Source: Scenedesmus sp. PABB004 (lineage: Eukaryota). From it: a stretch of DNA of 60,936 nucleotides. The position numbers were made by a program, and so were the translations under genes. Of the stretch, positions 33,479 to 46,701 are shown piece by piece. The notes under the pieces were generated by a model. That model was not told the origin of the DNA, searched no databases, and saw only the letters and a program-made list of their open reading frames with translations. The stretch's first letter is position 1. The number at the start of each line of letters is the position of its first letter. The stretch covers positions 186,001 to 246,936 of the forward strand of contig JABVCE010000038.1 in the NCBI GenBank assembly GCA_014905635.1, read 5' to 3'.

Positions 33479-36400
33479 AGGCTGGCGGGGCTGTCGCAGG
33501 TGACGCCCAAGGCGCGCGGCTTCACAGCCGACGACGTCGCCGCGTGCATCCCCGACCTGGCGCAGCAGACCGCGCACATCCGCGCGCGCGCGAGCCAGCG
33601 TGCGGCGGCGGCCGCGGCCGAGGAGCGCGGCGCGGACGACGGCGGCGGCGGCGGCGCCGGCCCTTGCGGCGCGCTGAGCCTGCGCGTGGGCAGCCTGGAG
33701 CAGCTGCTGCGCGAGCTGGCGGAGCTGCTTGAGCGCCAGTTCTGCATCCAGCAGGCGCTGGGGCGTGCCGGCGCTGCTACGCGCACTGCAGCTGGCCCGC
33801 AGAAGAAGGGCGGCGCCTTGCCAGCAGCCACGGGGCGCGGCGGCAAGGCGTCGCCGGCGGCGGCGGCGGCTGCTGCGTCGGCTGCCGCAGAGGCAGCAGC
33901 AGCCGCAGCCGCACAGGCGGCGGTTGCCACCTCGCCGCTGCCGGCGCCGGCGCAGGGCAGCGCCGTCGCGCTGCGCAGGCTGCGCGTGGTGCTGCTGCAG
34001 CCGGCCACGCCGACGGTGGCGGCGCCGCGGGCGCTGCCGCCGCTGGCGCTTGCGCAGCGGGCGGGCCAGGAGGCGGCAGCCGACGGCGACGTGGCGATGG
34101 CAGAGGCCAGCGAGCTGCAGCAGCAGCCAGAGCAGCTGCAGGCGCAGTCGCCGCGGGCGCTGCGGTCGCCGCGGGCGGCACAGTCACCGCGGGCGGTGGC
34201 GCAGTCGCCGCAGCCGCTGTCGCCGCAGCCGCTGTCGCCGCGGCGGCAGCGCACGCCGCGCAGAGGCTCGTCCGCCTCGGCCAGCCCCGCCAAGCAGCGC
34301 GCCACTGCCTCGGCCAGCCCCGGCAAGCGCGCCGTGCGCGCCCAGGTGGGCTTTGTGGATGCCGACGCCGGCGGCAAGCCGGCGGGCTTTAAGCGCGCCG
34401 CCGGCGGCGCCTCCGCAGCGGGCGGCGGCTCGGGCAGGGGCCGCTCGGGCGGCGGGCGGCACGGCAGGGGCGGCGTCGGGTACAAGATCAAGCCGCCGCA
34501 GCTCGTGCAGGAGGTGGTGGGCAGGTGGCTGGCGCTGCCCGCGCCGCCCGGCGCCGGCGACGGGGACGGAGCGCAGCAGCGCGCCGCCGGCGCCGAGGCG
34601 CCGCTGCCAACGGGCGAGCAGCAGCGGGCGGCCACGCCGGCGCCGATGCGCGGCCCTGACGCGGGCACCACCTGGCCGCAGCTCGAAGCGCGCCTGCTGC
34701 AGGAGCTGGCGGCGCAGGCGCTCGTGCTGCCGCTGCAGCTGGCGCAGCAGCTGCTGGGCCGGCTGCTGCCGGCGGCGGAGCAGCTTGAGCTGCCGCAGGA
34801 GGTCACGGCGCTGCTGCTGCGCCTGAGCGCCTTTGTGCCGGGCGAGCGCCTGAGCGAGCAGGAGCACCTGGCGCTGGCGGAGCTGCACCTGGACGCCGCG
34901 GTCGCAGCCCGCGAGCTCGGGCTCGCCCCGCCCAAGCGCAGCGGCGGCGCGGCGGCAGGGGTCCGCCCCGACGCGCCCGCGGGCGCGGGCGACGGCGGCG
35001 CCGCGACCGCCTCGGGCGCGGCAGGCAGCGGCAAGCGGGCGGCGGGCGGCCGCAAGCGCGCGCTGCCTGGCGACGACAGCGGCGCCGCTGCGCTCGAGCC
35101 CGGCGCCGCTGGCCCGGCGCCGCCGGGCGTTGGTGGCGACGCCACGGCGCCGGCCGCAGGCGAGGCGCCCGTGGAGGGCAGCCCTTCCAAGCGCGCGCGC
35201 AAGACGCGGGTGGCGACGCGCCAGCGGCAGGCGAAGCAGGCGGGCGGCCCCGAGGGCGAGCCGGCGGGCGCGGACGGCGGCGGCGCCGCCGCCACGAGCG
35301 GCGGCCCGGGCTCGCGCATCGCTGCCAAGCAGCTGGCGGAGGCGCAGCGGCAGCAGGCTGAGTCGCAGGCGCAGCGGCACCTCGCGGCCTGCGAGCGGCA
35401 CCTGCAGCAGCGCGTCGCCGCGCGCGCCTGCAGCGGCATGGGCCGGCCGGCCGGCGACGCGGCGCAGCACGACGCGCTCGCGCTGCCGCCCGATGGCGGC
35501 GCGGGCGGCGCAGCGCTGTGGACCACGTCGGCGGACGGCGTCCCTGGCCTGAACCTGCTCAAGGCCCTGTGGCTGCAGCACGAGGAGGAGCGCCGGCCGG
35601 AGGTCGGGTCGCCCCCGCTGGGCGCGGCCGAAGCGCAGGGCCAGCTGCCGCCCGCGACGCCGGCACGGGGCGAGCAGCTGCCCTGGTGGCTGGCGCCAGC
35701 GCTGGGCGATGGCGCGGCGCACCCGGCGGCCGCGCCGGCGCCGGCGGGGTGTGGCCTCAGCCTCACCGATGAGCCGCCCAGCTGCGGGCGCACAGCGCCG
35801 CACCTGCACCTCGCGGACGGCTGGGGCCACGCGCCGCCGGCGGGGCAGCGCGCGCCGCACGCACCTGGCGCCGGGGCCGGGCCCGCCAGTGCTTACTGGG
35901 AGGAGTGGGGTCCGCACGTCAAGCTGCCGGGGCAGGCGCCCTTCGCCGCGCCGGGCGCCGGCTGCGCCTCGGCCGCCGGCGATGCCGCCGACGCAGCCGC
36001 AGTCGTGGCCGGCGCCTCCGGCGCGGCCGGCGGGCTGGGCGGGCTCTGGCGCAGCAGCGTGTGGCTGCAGCAGGAGCTGGCGTCCGACGACGCGGCGACG
36101 CGACGGCTCGACCAGCGCGGCGGGGCGCTGGGCAACGGCGTGCCGCCGCCGCCGCCGCCAGCGTGCAGCGGCGAGGAGGCGCTGAGCCCCGTGGAGCTGC
36201 GCCACTGGTGGGCGTCGGCGCGCCTGCTCGAGGCGCAGGGCCGCATGCGGGCCGCCGATGCTGCCGGGCGCCACTGCCTGGCCTGGTTTGCCGCCCGCCT
36301 GGCCGACGGGCACGTCGCGGCCGCCGCCGAGGCGGCGGCGGCCATGGCGGGCACGTTCCCGGACGGCGGGCGCGACGGCGCGGCCGCGCAGCAGGCGCAC

Positions 36401-39400
36401 GCCGCCGCCGCGGCAGCGCACCACGCCGCCGGCGTGCTGCTGCCGAGCTGCCGCTTTGGCGCTCGCATCACCCGGGCGGCGGTGGACCGGTTGCTGGACG
36501 GCATGTGGCTGCGCATGCAGCTGGCGTCGGCTGCCGCGGCGCTGGCGCGCCTCGAGGCGCCCGCGTCCGAGCTGCAGGCGCGGCAGCAGAAGGCCGGCGC
36601 GCCTGCCGACGCCGCCGCCGCGTCGCAGCCCAGCACGCAGTGCAAGGGCGAGCCCGGCGAGCAGGCGGCGCACGTGCGGGCCCTGGAGCTGGCTGCGCAG
36701 GTGCACCGCGTGGCAGACGAGGCGGTCGCCGGCCTCGCGCAGCGCTGCCTGGCCGGCGCGGAGGGCGGCGGGCTGTCGCCGCAGCAGGTCGAGGGCCTCG
36801 CGCTCATCCAGAGGGCCGCCAGCCGCGGGGCGGCGGCGGCGGCGGCGGCCGCGGCGTGCTGCGCCGCAGCCGGCGCGGCGCCGGGGGCGGTCGCGGCGGC
36901 AGAGCAGCAGGAGCATGCGCAGCAGCGCTATCGGGCGCTCGAGCTCCACGCCATTCTGCTGCGCCTGCAGCACCTCGCGGCGCTGCACTGTGCCGCCGCG
37001 CAGCTGCACGGCGCGGGCGCGCGCGCGACCGCGGCGGCGGCAGCGCCGGCGCTGGGCAGCGCCTCGCGGCCGTTGGCCGGCGGCGCCGGCGCCGCCGCTG
37101 CGGGCAGCACGGACGACCAGCTGCTGGCGGCAATGAAGGACCTGTCGCGCTTCTGGCTCGCCTGCACCAGGCCGCCGGGGCGCACCGGCAGCAGCGCGGC
37201 GCTGGCGGCGGCGGGCAAGAAGGCCGGGGCGCACGCGGCTGCGCCGCACAAGCCGGCGACGGCGCCGGCGGCGCCCGCGGCGCGGCCGCAGGGGCTCAGG
37301 GTGGCGCTGCCCGCCGGCGGCGGCGCGGGCAGCGACGTGGAGATGCAGGACGCGGGCGCGCCCGGCTCGCCGCAGCAGGGCGATGAGCAGCGACCGTCGC
37401 AAGCGGCGCCCAGCCTGGATACGGACGACGACGACGACGACGAAGCCAGCAGGGCGGCCGAGGCGGCGGCGGCAGCGGCGGCGGCGGCGGCCGCCGCCGC
37501 CGAAGCGGAGCGCCGGCGGCGCGAGGCTGAGGCGGCGGAGCTGCACGCCGCCGCCGCGGCGCTGGCGGAGGTCAAGGCGGCGGAGCGCGGCGCGCGCGGC
37601 GAGGCCCTGCTGCTGCAGGAGCTGGCGCGGCGGCCGCCGCTGCTGCGGCTGCTCGGCAGCGTGCAGGCGCAGCTGCAGGCCGTCATGGCTGCCCACTGCG
37701 GCGACCTCGACGTGCCGCTGCTGCACCACGCGGCGCCGCCGCGCGCTGCCACGCCCGCATGCGCGGCCGCGCCCGCGGCGCCGGGCGGTGATGCGCCCGC
37801 TGGCGGCGCGGGCGACGCGGCCAGTGGCGGCGGCGCCGGGGCGGCGGCCCCGGCGGCGGACGGCGAGGAGGGCGCGCCCGGGGCCGAGCGCGCCGGCAGC
37901 GCTGCGCCGGCGCCCGCGCGGGCGTCCAAGCGGCAGCGCGTGGCCACCGCGGTGGCGGCGGCCGCGGTCGCGGCCGCCGCGGCCGAGGCGGAGCGCACCG
38001 GCGGCGGCGCGCCGGGCGGCGCCGGCGGCGGCGGCGGCGGCACGCGCGGCGGCGGCGCCGGCGGCACCAACGCGGTCCGCACGCTGGGCCTGCGCTCGAC
38101 CAAGGCCAAGAAGCTGCTTCTCGAGGCGGCGCTGGGCCTGCTCGCGGCGCGCGAGCTCGACCCGCACCTCGCGGGGCGGCCGGCCGCGCTGCTGGGCCTC
38201 GTCGAAGGGCTGTACGCGCTGCTGGGCCTCAAGTTCAGCACCGCGGCCGAGGTGGCCCGCTTCCTGGAGGCCGCGTGGGAGCGGCTCGCGCTCGCGCTGC
38301 GCGGGCAGCGCGGCGGCGGCGCCGCCGGCGGCGACGGTGGCGCCGGCGGCCTCGCGGCCGCGCTGGACCAGGCACTCGCGCAGCTGACGGCCGACCTCAC
38401 CGGCCTGCAGCTCGGCTGGGCCAACCGGGCGTTTGGGCGCGCGCCGCTCGTGCGGCTCCAGGCGGGCGCCGCGGCGGCGGCCGCCGCCTCTGGCGCGGTG
38501 GCGGCCGCTGGCGTGGCGGCCGCGCCCGCAGCCGTGGCGCCGGCCGGCGCCGCCGAGGACGCCGCCGGCGACGGCGGGCTGGCCGCGCCGGCGCCCGCGC
38601 TGCTGCTGGACGCGGGCGCGGTCGCGGCGGCCGCCGTCCAGGCGGCACACGGCGCGCTCGCGCTCGCGCACCACACGCAGCCCGGCGGCGACGCGGGGCC
38701 GTGCGCCGGCGCGCCGGGCGGCGTCTTCTGGCCGCGCGAGCTGGCGGCGCCCGACGCGCGGCAGCTGCTGCGCCTTTGGCGCTTTGTGTCGGCCGGGGCG
38801 GCACCGGGGGAGATCGCGGCCAACCCCCGCGCCAACGGGGCGTATGCGGCGACGCTCGCGGTCTGCAGGCCTGACGCGCACCTGCTGGCGCTCGCGCGCG
38901 GCGCAGTGGACGACGCCCTGGGCGCGCCGCCCGGCGGCGGCGGCGGCGGCGCCGGCGCGCGGGGCGGAGCCGACGCCGCGCCCGGCAGCCCGGCCGCGGC
39001 CGCCGTCGCGCCAGGGGCGCCGGGGCTGCTGGCCGTCGGCGTGCGCGCGCCGGCGCCGGACGGCGCCGCGTCTGGCACAGGCAGCGGCTCCGAGTCGGAC
39101 CAGGACGACGAGGGCGAGGGCGAGGCGGAGGCCTGGCCGAGCACGGCCGCCGCGATGGAGCAGCGCTTCTGGTGCCAGCTGCGCCCGCTGCTGCGGCTGC
39201 TGGAGGCGCAGCTGCCCGCGCCGCCGGCGGCGCTGCTCGGCGCGGTCGCCGCGCGCCTGGCGGCGCTGGACGGCGGCGGCGCCGACGGCGCGCGCAGCGC
39301 GGCGGCCGCGGGCTGCGGAGCACCCGCCGGCGACGTGGAGATGCGGCCCGCGGACGGCGGCGAACCCGCAGCCGCCACGCCGCGCCTTGAGGCCCCCCCG

Positions 39401-41784
39401 GGCGCGTCGCCGCCGGCGGGCGTGCACGGTTGGGGCCCGGACGACCTGGCGCTTGTGCTCGGCGGCGCGCCCGCTGCCGGTGCGGTGCCGCCCGGGCCGC
39501 CGGCGGCGGAGCTGGCAGACGCAGACCCGCTGCTGGAGGTGCACGCGCTCCTGCACCTCGCCGTCGCTGTGAGCGAGCCGCGCCTGGCTGACGGCGCGAC
39601 GGGCGTGCGGCTGGAGCTGGCCGAGGCGGCGGCCGCGCGCGGCCTCGCGGGCGAGCTCGCGGACCACGAGGCGCGCCTGCTGCGCGCTCTCGCGGTGCGG
39701 CCGGAGTGCGGCCTGGTGTGGCAGCGCCTGGCAGAGCTGTGGTGCTATGCGCTGCAGGGGCGCGAGCAGCTGCTGGACCAGGCGGCGGGCGCGGCGACTG
39801 TTGCGGAGTGGCACGCCGCCGCCGGCGCCGCCGCGAGCGCCGCGGCAGCGCCTGGCGCCCCGGCGCCGGGGGGGCGGGCGGCGCGCGCAGCTGGCGCTGC
39901 TGCAGCGCCTCACGCGGCGCGCGCTGCGCGCGACCGTGGCGGCGGCGGACCTGCTGCGCGGCCAGCTGCGCGACGGCGGCGACGGCAGCGCGCGCGCGGA
40001 CTGCCTGGACGCGCTGGGTGCCCTTCTGCGCGACCAGGCCGCCTGCCTGCCGCCCTGGGCCGAGCCCTGGCGCTTCCGGCCGGCACGCACGCCCCTCCGC
40101 GAGCAGCTGGTGGCGGCGGCGGAGGTGGGCAGGGGCCGCTTGCCGCACGCGCAGCGCGGGGCCCGCCGCGCGGCCCTGCCGGCCCGCCGACCGCGCGCGC
40201 TCACCGCGCACGCTCACCGCCGCGCTCGCCGCCCCGCAGGCCAGCTTCCGCCAGGGCCGGGAGGGCGGCGGCGACTGGCGGCACGCGCTGCGCCTGGGGC
40301 AGGCCGCGGCAAAGCTGCAGGCGCCCGGCTGGCGCGCCGCCTGCCTGCGGCACTACGCCCACGCCTGCTGGCTCTCGCGCGAGGGCGGCCCCGGCGGCGC
40401 GGCATGCCTGCAGCCGCTGGTGAAGCTCCACGGCACGCGGCTGAAGCTGCTTGCCGCCGCGCTGGCCGCGGGCGGCGACGGCGCGGCGCTCGCGGGCCTG
40501 CGGGAGCTGCTGCAGGAGGCCGCGCGCTGGTGCTTCGAGCCGGGCGCCTCGGCGGCGCTGGCGCCGGCGCTCGCGGCGCTGCGGGAGCAGGCGCTGCCCG
40601 GCCTGCCGCCCGGTGACGTGGACGCGGTGTGGCAGGAGCTGCGCGCCGTCGCCCGCGCGCAGCCGGGCGAGGACGACGCCGAGCGCGGCGGCGCACGCGA
40701 GGCGCTGCTGGCGCCCTGGCGCACCGCGGCGGGGGCGCTGCTGGACGACGCGGCCGGCGCGCTGCGGCACGCGCAAGACTGCTACGGCCGAGCGAGCGGC
40801 GGCCGCGAGGCGCTCGGCCCCGCGCGCTACGCCCAGGGGCGCGGCCTGGCGCTGCTGGGCAGGTGCGCCGCCGCGCGAGCTCTGGCCCCGCCCCGCGCTC
40901 GTGCGCGCGCGCGCGCTGCGCCGCGCCGCCTGCAGCTCACGGCGGGCTGGCGCCGCCGCCGCGCCGCCGCCGCCGCGGCCAGGCTGGACGACGCCGCTGC
41001 GGCGCTGGAGCCGATGTTCCGGCTCACCGGCCCGCCGGCGGCGCGAGCGTCGGTCAACCCGCTGTGCATTGAATTCCTGCAGGCCGCGGGGCACATCAAG
41101 CCGGCGCACCAGGGGCCGAGGCGGGGCATGGTGCAGCAGGCACAGCTGGCGCAGCAGGCGCAGCAGGAGCAAGAGCGGGGCAGCGAGGCGCCCACGGCAG
41201 ACACCGGCGCGGCGCCTGCCGGCCCCAGCGCGACGGCGCCCGGCGGCGACGCCGCCGGCGAGGCGACCTGGGGCGCGCGGCCGCCGGGCGTGCGCGGCTG
41301 GGGCGAGGACGAGGGCGCGCGGCAGTGGAGCACGCGCACGCGGCGCGCGCTGCTGCTGTATCTGCAGGTGCGACCGCGGTGGCTGGAGCAGCGCGGGGGC
41401 TGCGGTCCGCCCGCTGACCTGCTGCCGAGCGGGGGAGCGGGTCGACCCGACCGCCGTGCCGCCGCCGTCGCCGCCGCCGCCGCCGCGCAGGTGCTGGCGC
41501 GCCAGCGCGACGCCGCGGGCCTGGCGGGCGCGCGGGCGGGCTGCTGGGCACGGTGGGGCGCGTGGACGACATCCAGGCCCCCGGGTTCAGGCCCAAGGAC
41601 CTGGGCAGCCTCGCGGCGGGCCTGCAGCTGCGCCTGCTGCTGCTGGAGCTCGCGCCCGCGCTCACCGCGTTCGCCGCTGCCTGGCAGCACGCCCCGCGTG
41701 GCGGCGGCGGTGCACCGCTGGCGCCAGCGGGCGCCGGTGAGCACCAGCAGACGCCGCCGCCTGCGGCTCTGCCGCAGCAGCAGC

Positions 41785-41829
<45 letters not shown>

Positions 41830-43736
41830 CGTCGCCGCCCTTCAAGCTGCGCGAGCCGAGCGCCGACGCGCCCGACGCGCGGCTGCAGCTCTTCCTGGAG
41901 GCGTGCACCGCGGCCTCGACCGCGCCGCCGGGCGCCGGCGCCGGCGGCGGCGCGGTTCAGGGCCTGCTGGAGGGCGCGTTCCACCTGTACGTGGACCACC
42001 TTTTCCTTGCCCTCGCGGGCGGGCGGGAGGGCGCGCTGCGCCTCGGCGAGTGCCTGGCCGCGGCGGCGGAGCTCATGCGCGGCGCGGGCGCCGCGCCCGC
42101 CGCGCCCGGCGCGGAGGCCCTGCTCGCGGACGCCGCGGCGAGCGACGCCGCGGCGGAGCAGGTGCTTCAGTTCCTCGCGCACGCGCACCTGGCGGCGCTC
42201 GCGGCGCCGGCGGCCGGCGGCGGCGCCGGCGCCGGCGCCGGGTTGCGCGAGGCGGCGCGGCTGATCAAGCGCACGTTCCCCGCGGGCGCCATGCGCACCA
42301 AGGGCCCCGCGCTCGCGCACTGGGTGGCGCTGGTGTGGCTCATGGGCCGCGAGGCAGCCGGCGGCGTGCTGCGCGCGCAGCAGGCGCTCGCCGGGGACGT
42401 CGACGCCGCTGTCGCCGCCGCGCTCGCGGGCGCGGGCCTGCCGGAGCTGCAGGCGCTCGAGCGCGCGCCGCCGGAGCCGGAGCCCGAGCCCGCCGCGCCG
42501 GCCGCGGTGGCGCAGCCCGGCGACGGCCCGACAAGCCCGCCGCCGGCCGGCGCGGCGGGCGAGCCGGCGGGCAGCAGTCGGGGCGGCTCCGCGGAGCAGC
42601 AGGACGGCGGCGACGAGCGCGCCACGCCGACGCCCGGGCCGCCCACGCCGCTGCCGGCGGCGGCGCCCGGCGGGGGGACGCCCTCGGCCGCGCCGACGCC
42701 CACCGCCGCGACGCCCGGCGGCGAGGGCCGGCGCGCGCGGCGCGCGGCCGCGATCGCCGGCCAGGAGACGATCGCGGCGGCGCTGGGCGTGGCGCCATCC
42801 GCCGGCGGCGCCGGCGCCGCCGCCGCCGGCGCGGCGCCGGCGGCGCGCAAGGAGCACGTCGTGCTGCCGCACCCCGCGCGGCTCGCGGCGCTGCGCGCCG
42901 TCGCGCCGGCGCTGCGCGCGCAGCAGGAGCTGGTCAAGGCGGGGCTGGGCAACCTGCTGGCCGCGGGCGAGGGCCGGGCGTACTCTCGCGAAGTCTTCGC
43001 GCTCACTCGGCGCCTGGTGGACGCCGGCGGCCGCGCCGCGGGCGTCTGGGGCGGCGTGCTCGCGGGCCAGGGCGGCGCGGGGCCCGCGGCGCCACCCGGC
43101 TCGGACAAGGCGGCCGCGGCGATGCTGAGCAGCGCGCTCGGGGCGCTGGCCGACCTCGGCAGGGGGCTCGCGGCGCCGGCGCTCGTGGCGCAGAGCCGCG
43201 CCGCGGCGCCGGGCGCGGCGCCGGGCCCGGCGGAGGGCCCGGCGGAGGGCCCGGCGCAGGCGGCGCAGGCGGCACAGCAGGACGCGGCGGAGGCGGCGGC
43301 GGCGGCGGCGGCGGCGGCGACGGCGGCGGCGGATGCGGAGCAGGCAGCGGCCGACGCGGTCGCGGCGACGCTGTCAGAGGAGGAGGTGCAGGCGGTGCTG
43401 GCGGCGCTGCCGCGGCAGCTGGCGGCGCTGCACCCCGCGCTGCCGCGGCAGTGGCAGGTGCGGCTGCTGACTGTCCCGCCCGATCGCTCGGGGCTGCTGG
43501 TGGACATGCTTGCCGCGCGCGGCGACGAGCCGCTGCCGGAGCGCGCGACGTGGCTGGCGGGCGTGCTGGGCGCGCTGGGGTCCCTGCTGCGGCCGCAGCG
43601 CCAGCCGAGCGGCGCCGGCGCGGCGCCGCCGCTGGAGCTGCTCGCGCCGGGCGCCGCGGCGTGGGCCGGGGCCGGCAGCAGCGAGCCCAGCCCGAGCGCC
43701 GCGCCCAGCCCGGGCCCGGACGGCGGCGAGGACTAG
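32452..43736 (+). CDS. CABIN1: Very large CABIN1/Hir3-like TPR protein (HIRA histone chaperone complex); contains apparent frameshifts
   Basis: N-terminus GFAALNE...EKIEA..LKQYEAAVQLI...ARGILQQLLAEPLL...MRYKVLYNLA...AW..AS..LGHLPLAAYAADRALVLSP...ERLVVLL follows the CABIN1 TPR pattern; later ALAVRPECGLVWQRLA, DWRHALRLGQAAAKL and QPLVKLHGTRLKLL also fit. Stop TAG at 43736. Confidence 0.75.
41776..41827 (+). repeat. (CAG)n microsatellite encoding poly-Gln
   Basis: CAG run with one CGG interruption in the last exon of the CABIN1-like gene. Confidence 0.9.
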
Positions 43737-44145
43737 TTGCGGCGTCGTCGTGCGCAGTGGCGGCGCTCTGCGCCTGGCTGGGGCAGAGGTGGACGACGAG
43801 AGCGGGGCGGGTAACAGACACCGCGCGCCGTGGCGGGCCGAGGGCCATTTACCGCTCCCGCCATGCGGCGGCGGCCAGGGCTGGCGCGCGGCGCAGCCGT
43901 TGCCTGCGCGCCCCCTCTCGCTGCAGTATTACGGCACGGCTGACCGTCTGCTGCCGAGCCACGAGCCACCGCCCGCCCAGCACACTCCCCGCCTCCCCTC
44001 CCCGCCTGCCCTGCCCTCGCCGCCATCCCCGGCCCGCGCGCGCGCGGCCGCCGCCGCGGCAGCGCCCTGCTGCCGCGCCGCCGCGCCGCGCGCGCGCCGC
44101 GCGCCGCCCCTGCTGCTGCTGCTGCTGCTCCGCCGCGCCCGCTGC

Positions 44146-45454
44146 TCATTTGAGCATCGGGTCCTCAATGCCAAACGGCGCGGGCGGCGGGATCCAGCGC
44201 CCCGTCGCCGAGTTGCTCTTGCCCACCTCCCACCCCGGCACCTGCGCGCGCGGCGGCGACGCGGACGCGGCGGTCGGCGGCGACGCGGACGCGGTGGTCG
44301 GCGGCGCGCGCGCGGGCGGCCGCGGGCCGGCGCGCTGCCGCCACCACCGCGCCCCTCCCAACCCCCTCCCACCTCCCCGCCAGCCCGCCCTGCCAGCCAG
44401 CCCTGCCCGCTATAGCCCCCGGCTCACATTCTTCATGATCCGGGCCTCCTCAGCCAGCGCGGCCTTGTTGGCAGCGACCCATCTGCGCGCCGCCGCGCCG
44501 CGCCGCGCGCGGGCAGGAGAGCGTCGCGGCGGGCCGCGGGCGCGTGCGGTGAGCGCGCGGCGCGGCGCGCCATCCAACGAGCAGCAGCGCTCGGCTCGGC
44601 CGGCGCGCGAGCGGCGGCGGCGCGCGCGCCTGATGTCCTCCTCCGCCTGCAGCACGGGGATGATCGGCGCGCGGTGCATCTCCAGCTCCCGCAGCCCCGC
44701 CCTGCGAGGCGGCGGCGGCGGCGGCGGCGCGCCCGTCAGCGCCCGCGGGCGCCTGCTGCCGAATGCCTGGTGCCGACTGCAGCTGCCGCCGCCGCTCACT
44801 TGCGGTCCTGAATCAAATGGTAGACCTGCGGCGCGCGGCGCGGGCGGCGGGCGGGGCGGGGGCGTTGCCGTCGGCGCCGCCGCCGCCGCCGCTGCCGCCG
44901 CGGCGCCGCGGCCGCGCGCGCCCGCTGCCGCCGCCGCCGCCTGCCGCCTGCCGCCCTCCCCTGGCGCTCCCCGTCCCTCCCGCGGCCGCCCCGGCAGCCC
45001 CCGCAGCCGCTGCGCACGTTGTAGTAGCCGTACGCCATGACCGCGCCGCCGACGGCAAAGATGGCCACGCCCGTCGGGCCCGTGCTCGGCAGGCGGCGCT
45101 GGATGCGGATGGACGGGAAGCCGCCCACCGGCGGCATGTCCTGCACGATGGGCATGTCCTTCACGGACTGCGGCGGCGCGCCGCGCCGCGGCGCGGCGCG
45201 CGGAGCGGCGGAGCAGCGGCGGCGGCGCGTCGGCGGCGCGCCCCGGCCCCGGTGGCGCTCCATTCGCTGCTGCGCTGGCCGCCACGCAGCCGGAGGGGCC
45301 TGATCCGGCGGGGGGCGTCGCCCGGCACGCCCCCCGGGCCTCCGCCGGCCCTGGGCGCGGGCGCATCGCTGAGGCGCCCGGACCCCAGCCCGCTGCGGCC
45401 GCCCGCCCCACGCACCACCATGCCCGGGAAGCCGCGCTTGAGCGTCTCCGTCAT
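44146..45454 (-). CDS. NDUFA13: Mitochondrial complex I subunit NDUFA13 (B16.6/GRIM-19), 6 exons
   Basis: SVKDMPIVQDMPPVGGFPSIRIQRRLPSTGPTG, APIIPVLQAEEDIR, EEARIMKN|VPGWEVGKS..GRWIPP. Confidence 0.97.
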
Positions 45455-45673
45455 GGTGCCGCCCCCTGCTGCGAGCTGCGAGTGGCGAGGGCGCTGCTGC
45501 CCGGCGCGCGGGGCGCGGGCGCGGTCTGTGCCGCGAGATCGGGCTGCCCTCGAGGGGAACGAGTGCGCGGGAGCGGGCGCTGCGGGCAGGAGGAGGGGGC
45601 AGCTACGGCTCGACGGCGGCGCTGCTGGGCCCTGCCGCTCGCGCCGGCGGCGGGCCCGGTGCGGCCGGTCAGC

Positions 45674-46701
45674 TCATTTCTCTTCAGCAGCCCCTGGCCC
45701 GGCCCCTGCTCGCTCAACAGGGCCGCACGCGCCCGCGTCGCCTGCCCCCGCCGCCCCGCCCGCGTCGCCGCCGCACTCGCCCGCGTCGCCGCCCGGCAGG
45801 AGCAGGCTGCCCGCGCTGCCGCCGCTGCGCGGCCAGCCGCCCCTTGCGGCCCGCCTCCTCGCGTGTGCGGGGTATGCAAACGTGAAGACGACCGCAAACA
45901 GCAGCGGCACGAGCTGCAGCACGTAGCAGAGCCACACCGCGGCCACGGGGTGGGTGTCGAGGCTGACGCCCGTGACCACGACGATGACCTGGGCCGTGCC
46001 CATCAAGGCCTGGCAGGCCATCCAGCTCGCCGCCGTCACCGCTGCGCAGTGCGCCAGCAGCGGCGTCCCCCACGCCTGCGACAATGCAGCAGCAGCGGCC
46101 AACAGCGGGCGTGGCGTTGGAGCAGCTCGCTATCATGTCCAAGGGTGTGCGCGCGCGGCGTCAGGCCGCCGCCCCGCCTTGCCGCCCGACCACCGCCGCC
46201 GCCGCCGCCGCCGCCGCCGCGCCCTGCATTTTGAACTCAAGTTTGAAACCCGCGCACCTCCCGGGGGCTCCAGTCGCGCAGGTACTCGTCCATGAAGCAG
46301 CGGCCCAGCAGCGCCCACGCGGCCGCCTCGACGGCGAGGAAGAAAAAGTTTATGACGATGAACGCCGCGCGCGCGGTGGGGCCCGGCGCCGCAAACGCGG
46401 CGGGCGTGAGGCCGTAGAACAGCACCGGCGCGGCGAGCTCGATGACTTTCGGATACACGCGGCACTGCCCGCGGCGGTACGCGAGGCCGTGGAGCGCGAG
46501 GCTCGCGGTGACGAGGCACGCGCAAACGGCGACGCTCGGCGCGAAGGCCACGTCCTGCACAAAAACGATCAGTACGAGCGTGAGGGCCTCCAGCGCGTTG
46601 GCGGGCAGCTCCAGGGTGTGGGCGGCAGCGTACGCCCACGCCGCCGCGAGCGCGCGGCGCACGGCGCCGCCGCGCGGCGGCGGCGAGTCCGCCGCGCCCA
46701 T
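45674..46701 (-). CDS. Uncharacterised multi-pass membrane protein, 2 exons
   Basis: Exon 1 starts MGAADS, has hydrophobic helices and ends LLGRCFMDEYLRDWSPRE at a GT donor; exon 2 is AWGTPLLAHCAAVTAASW...LLFAVVFTFAYP. Confidence 0.72.

Noticed and set aside
39850..39895. Frame change in the CABIN1-like gene (also ~41530, ~28950 in the At4g00755-like gene, ~50155 in ARMC8, and 60400-60850 in SWR1)
   Set aside because: They fall in G/C homopolymers or GC-repeat tracts within conserved genes, so assembly indels are more likely than programmed frameshifts or pseudogenes. Raw reads are needed to confirm.
21335..40204. Very long antisense or alternative-frame ORFs (21335-25858, 34184-40204, 20431-23976 and others)
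   Set aside because: Arg/Ala/Gly-rich shadow frames of real genes; stop codons are rare at this GC content.
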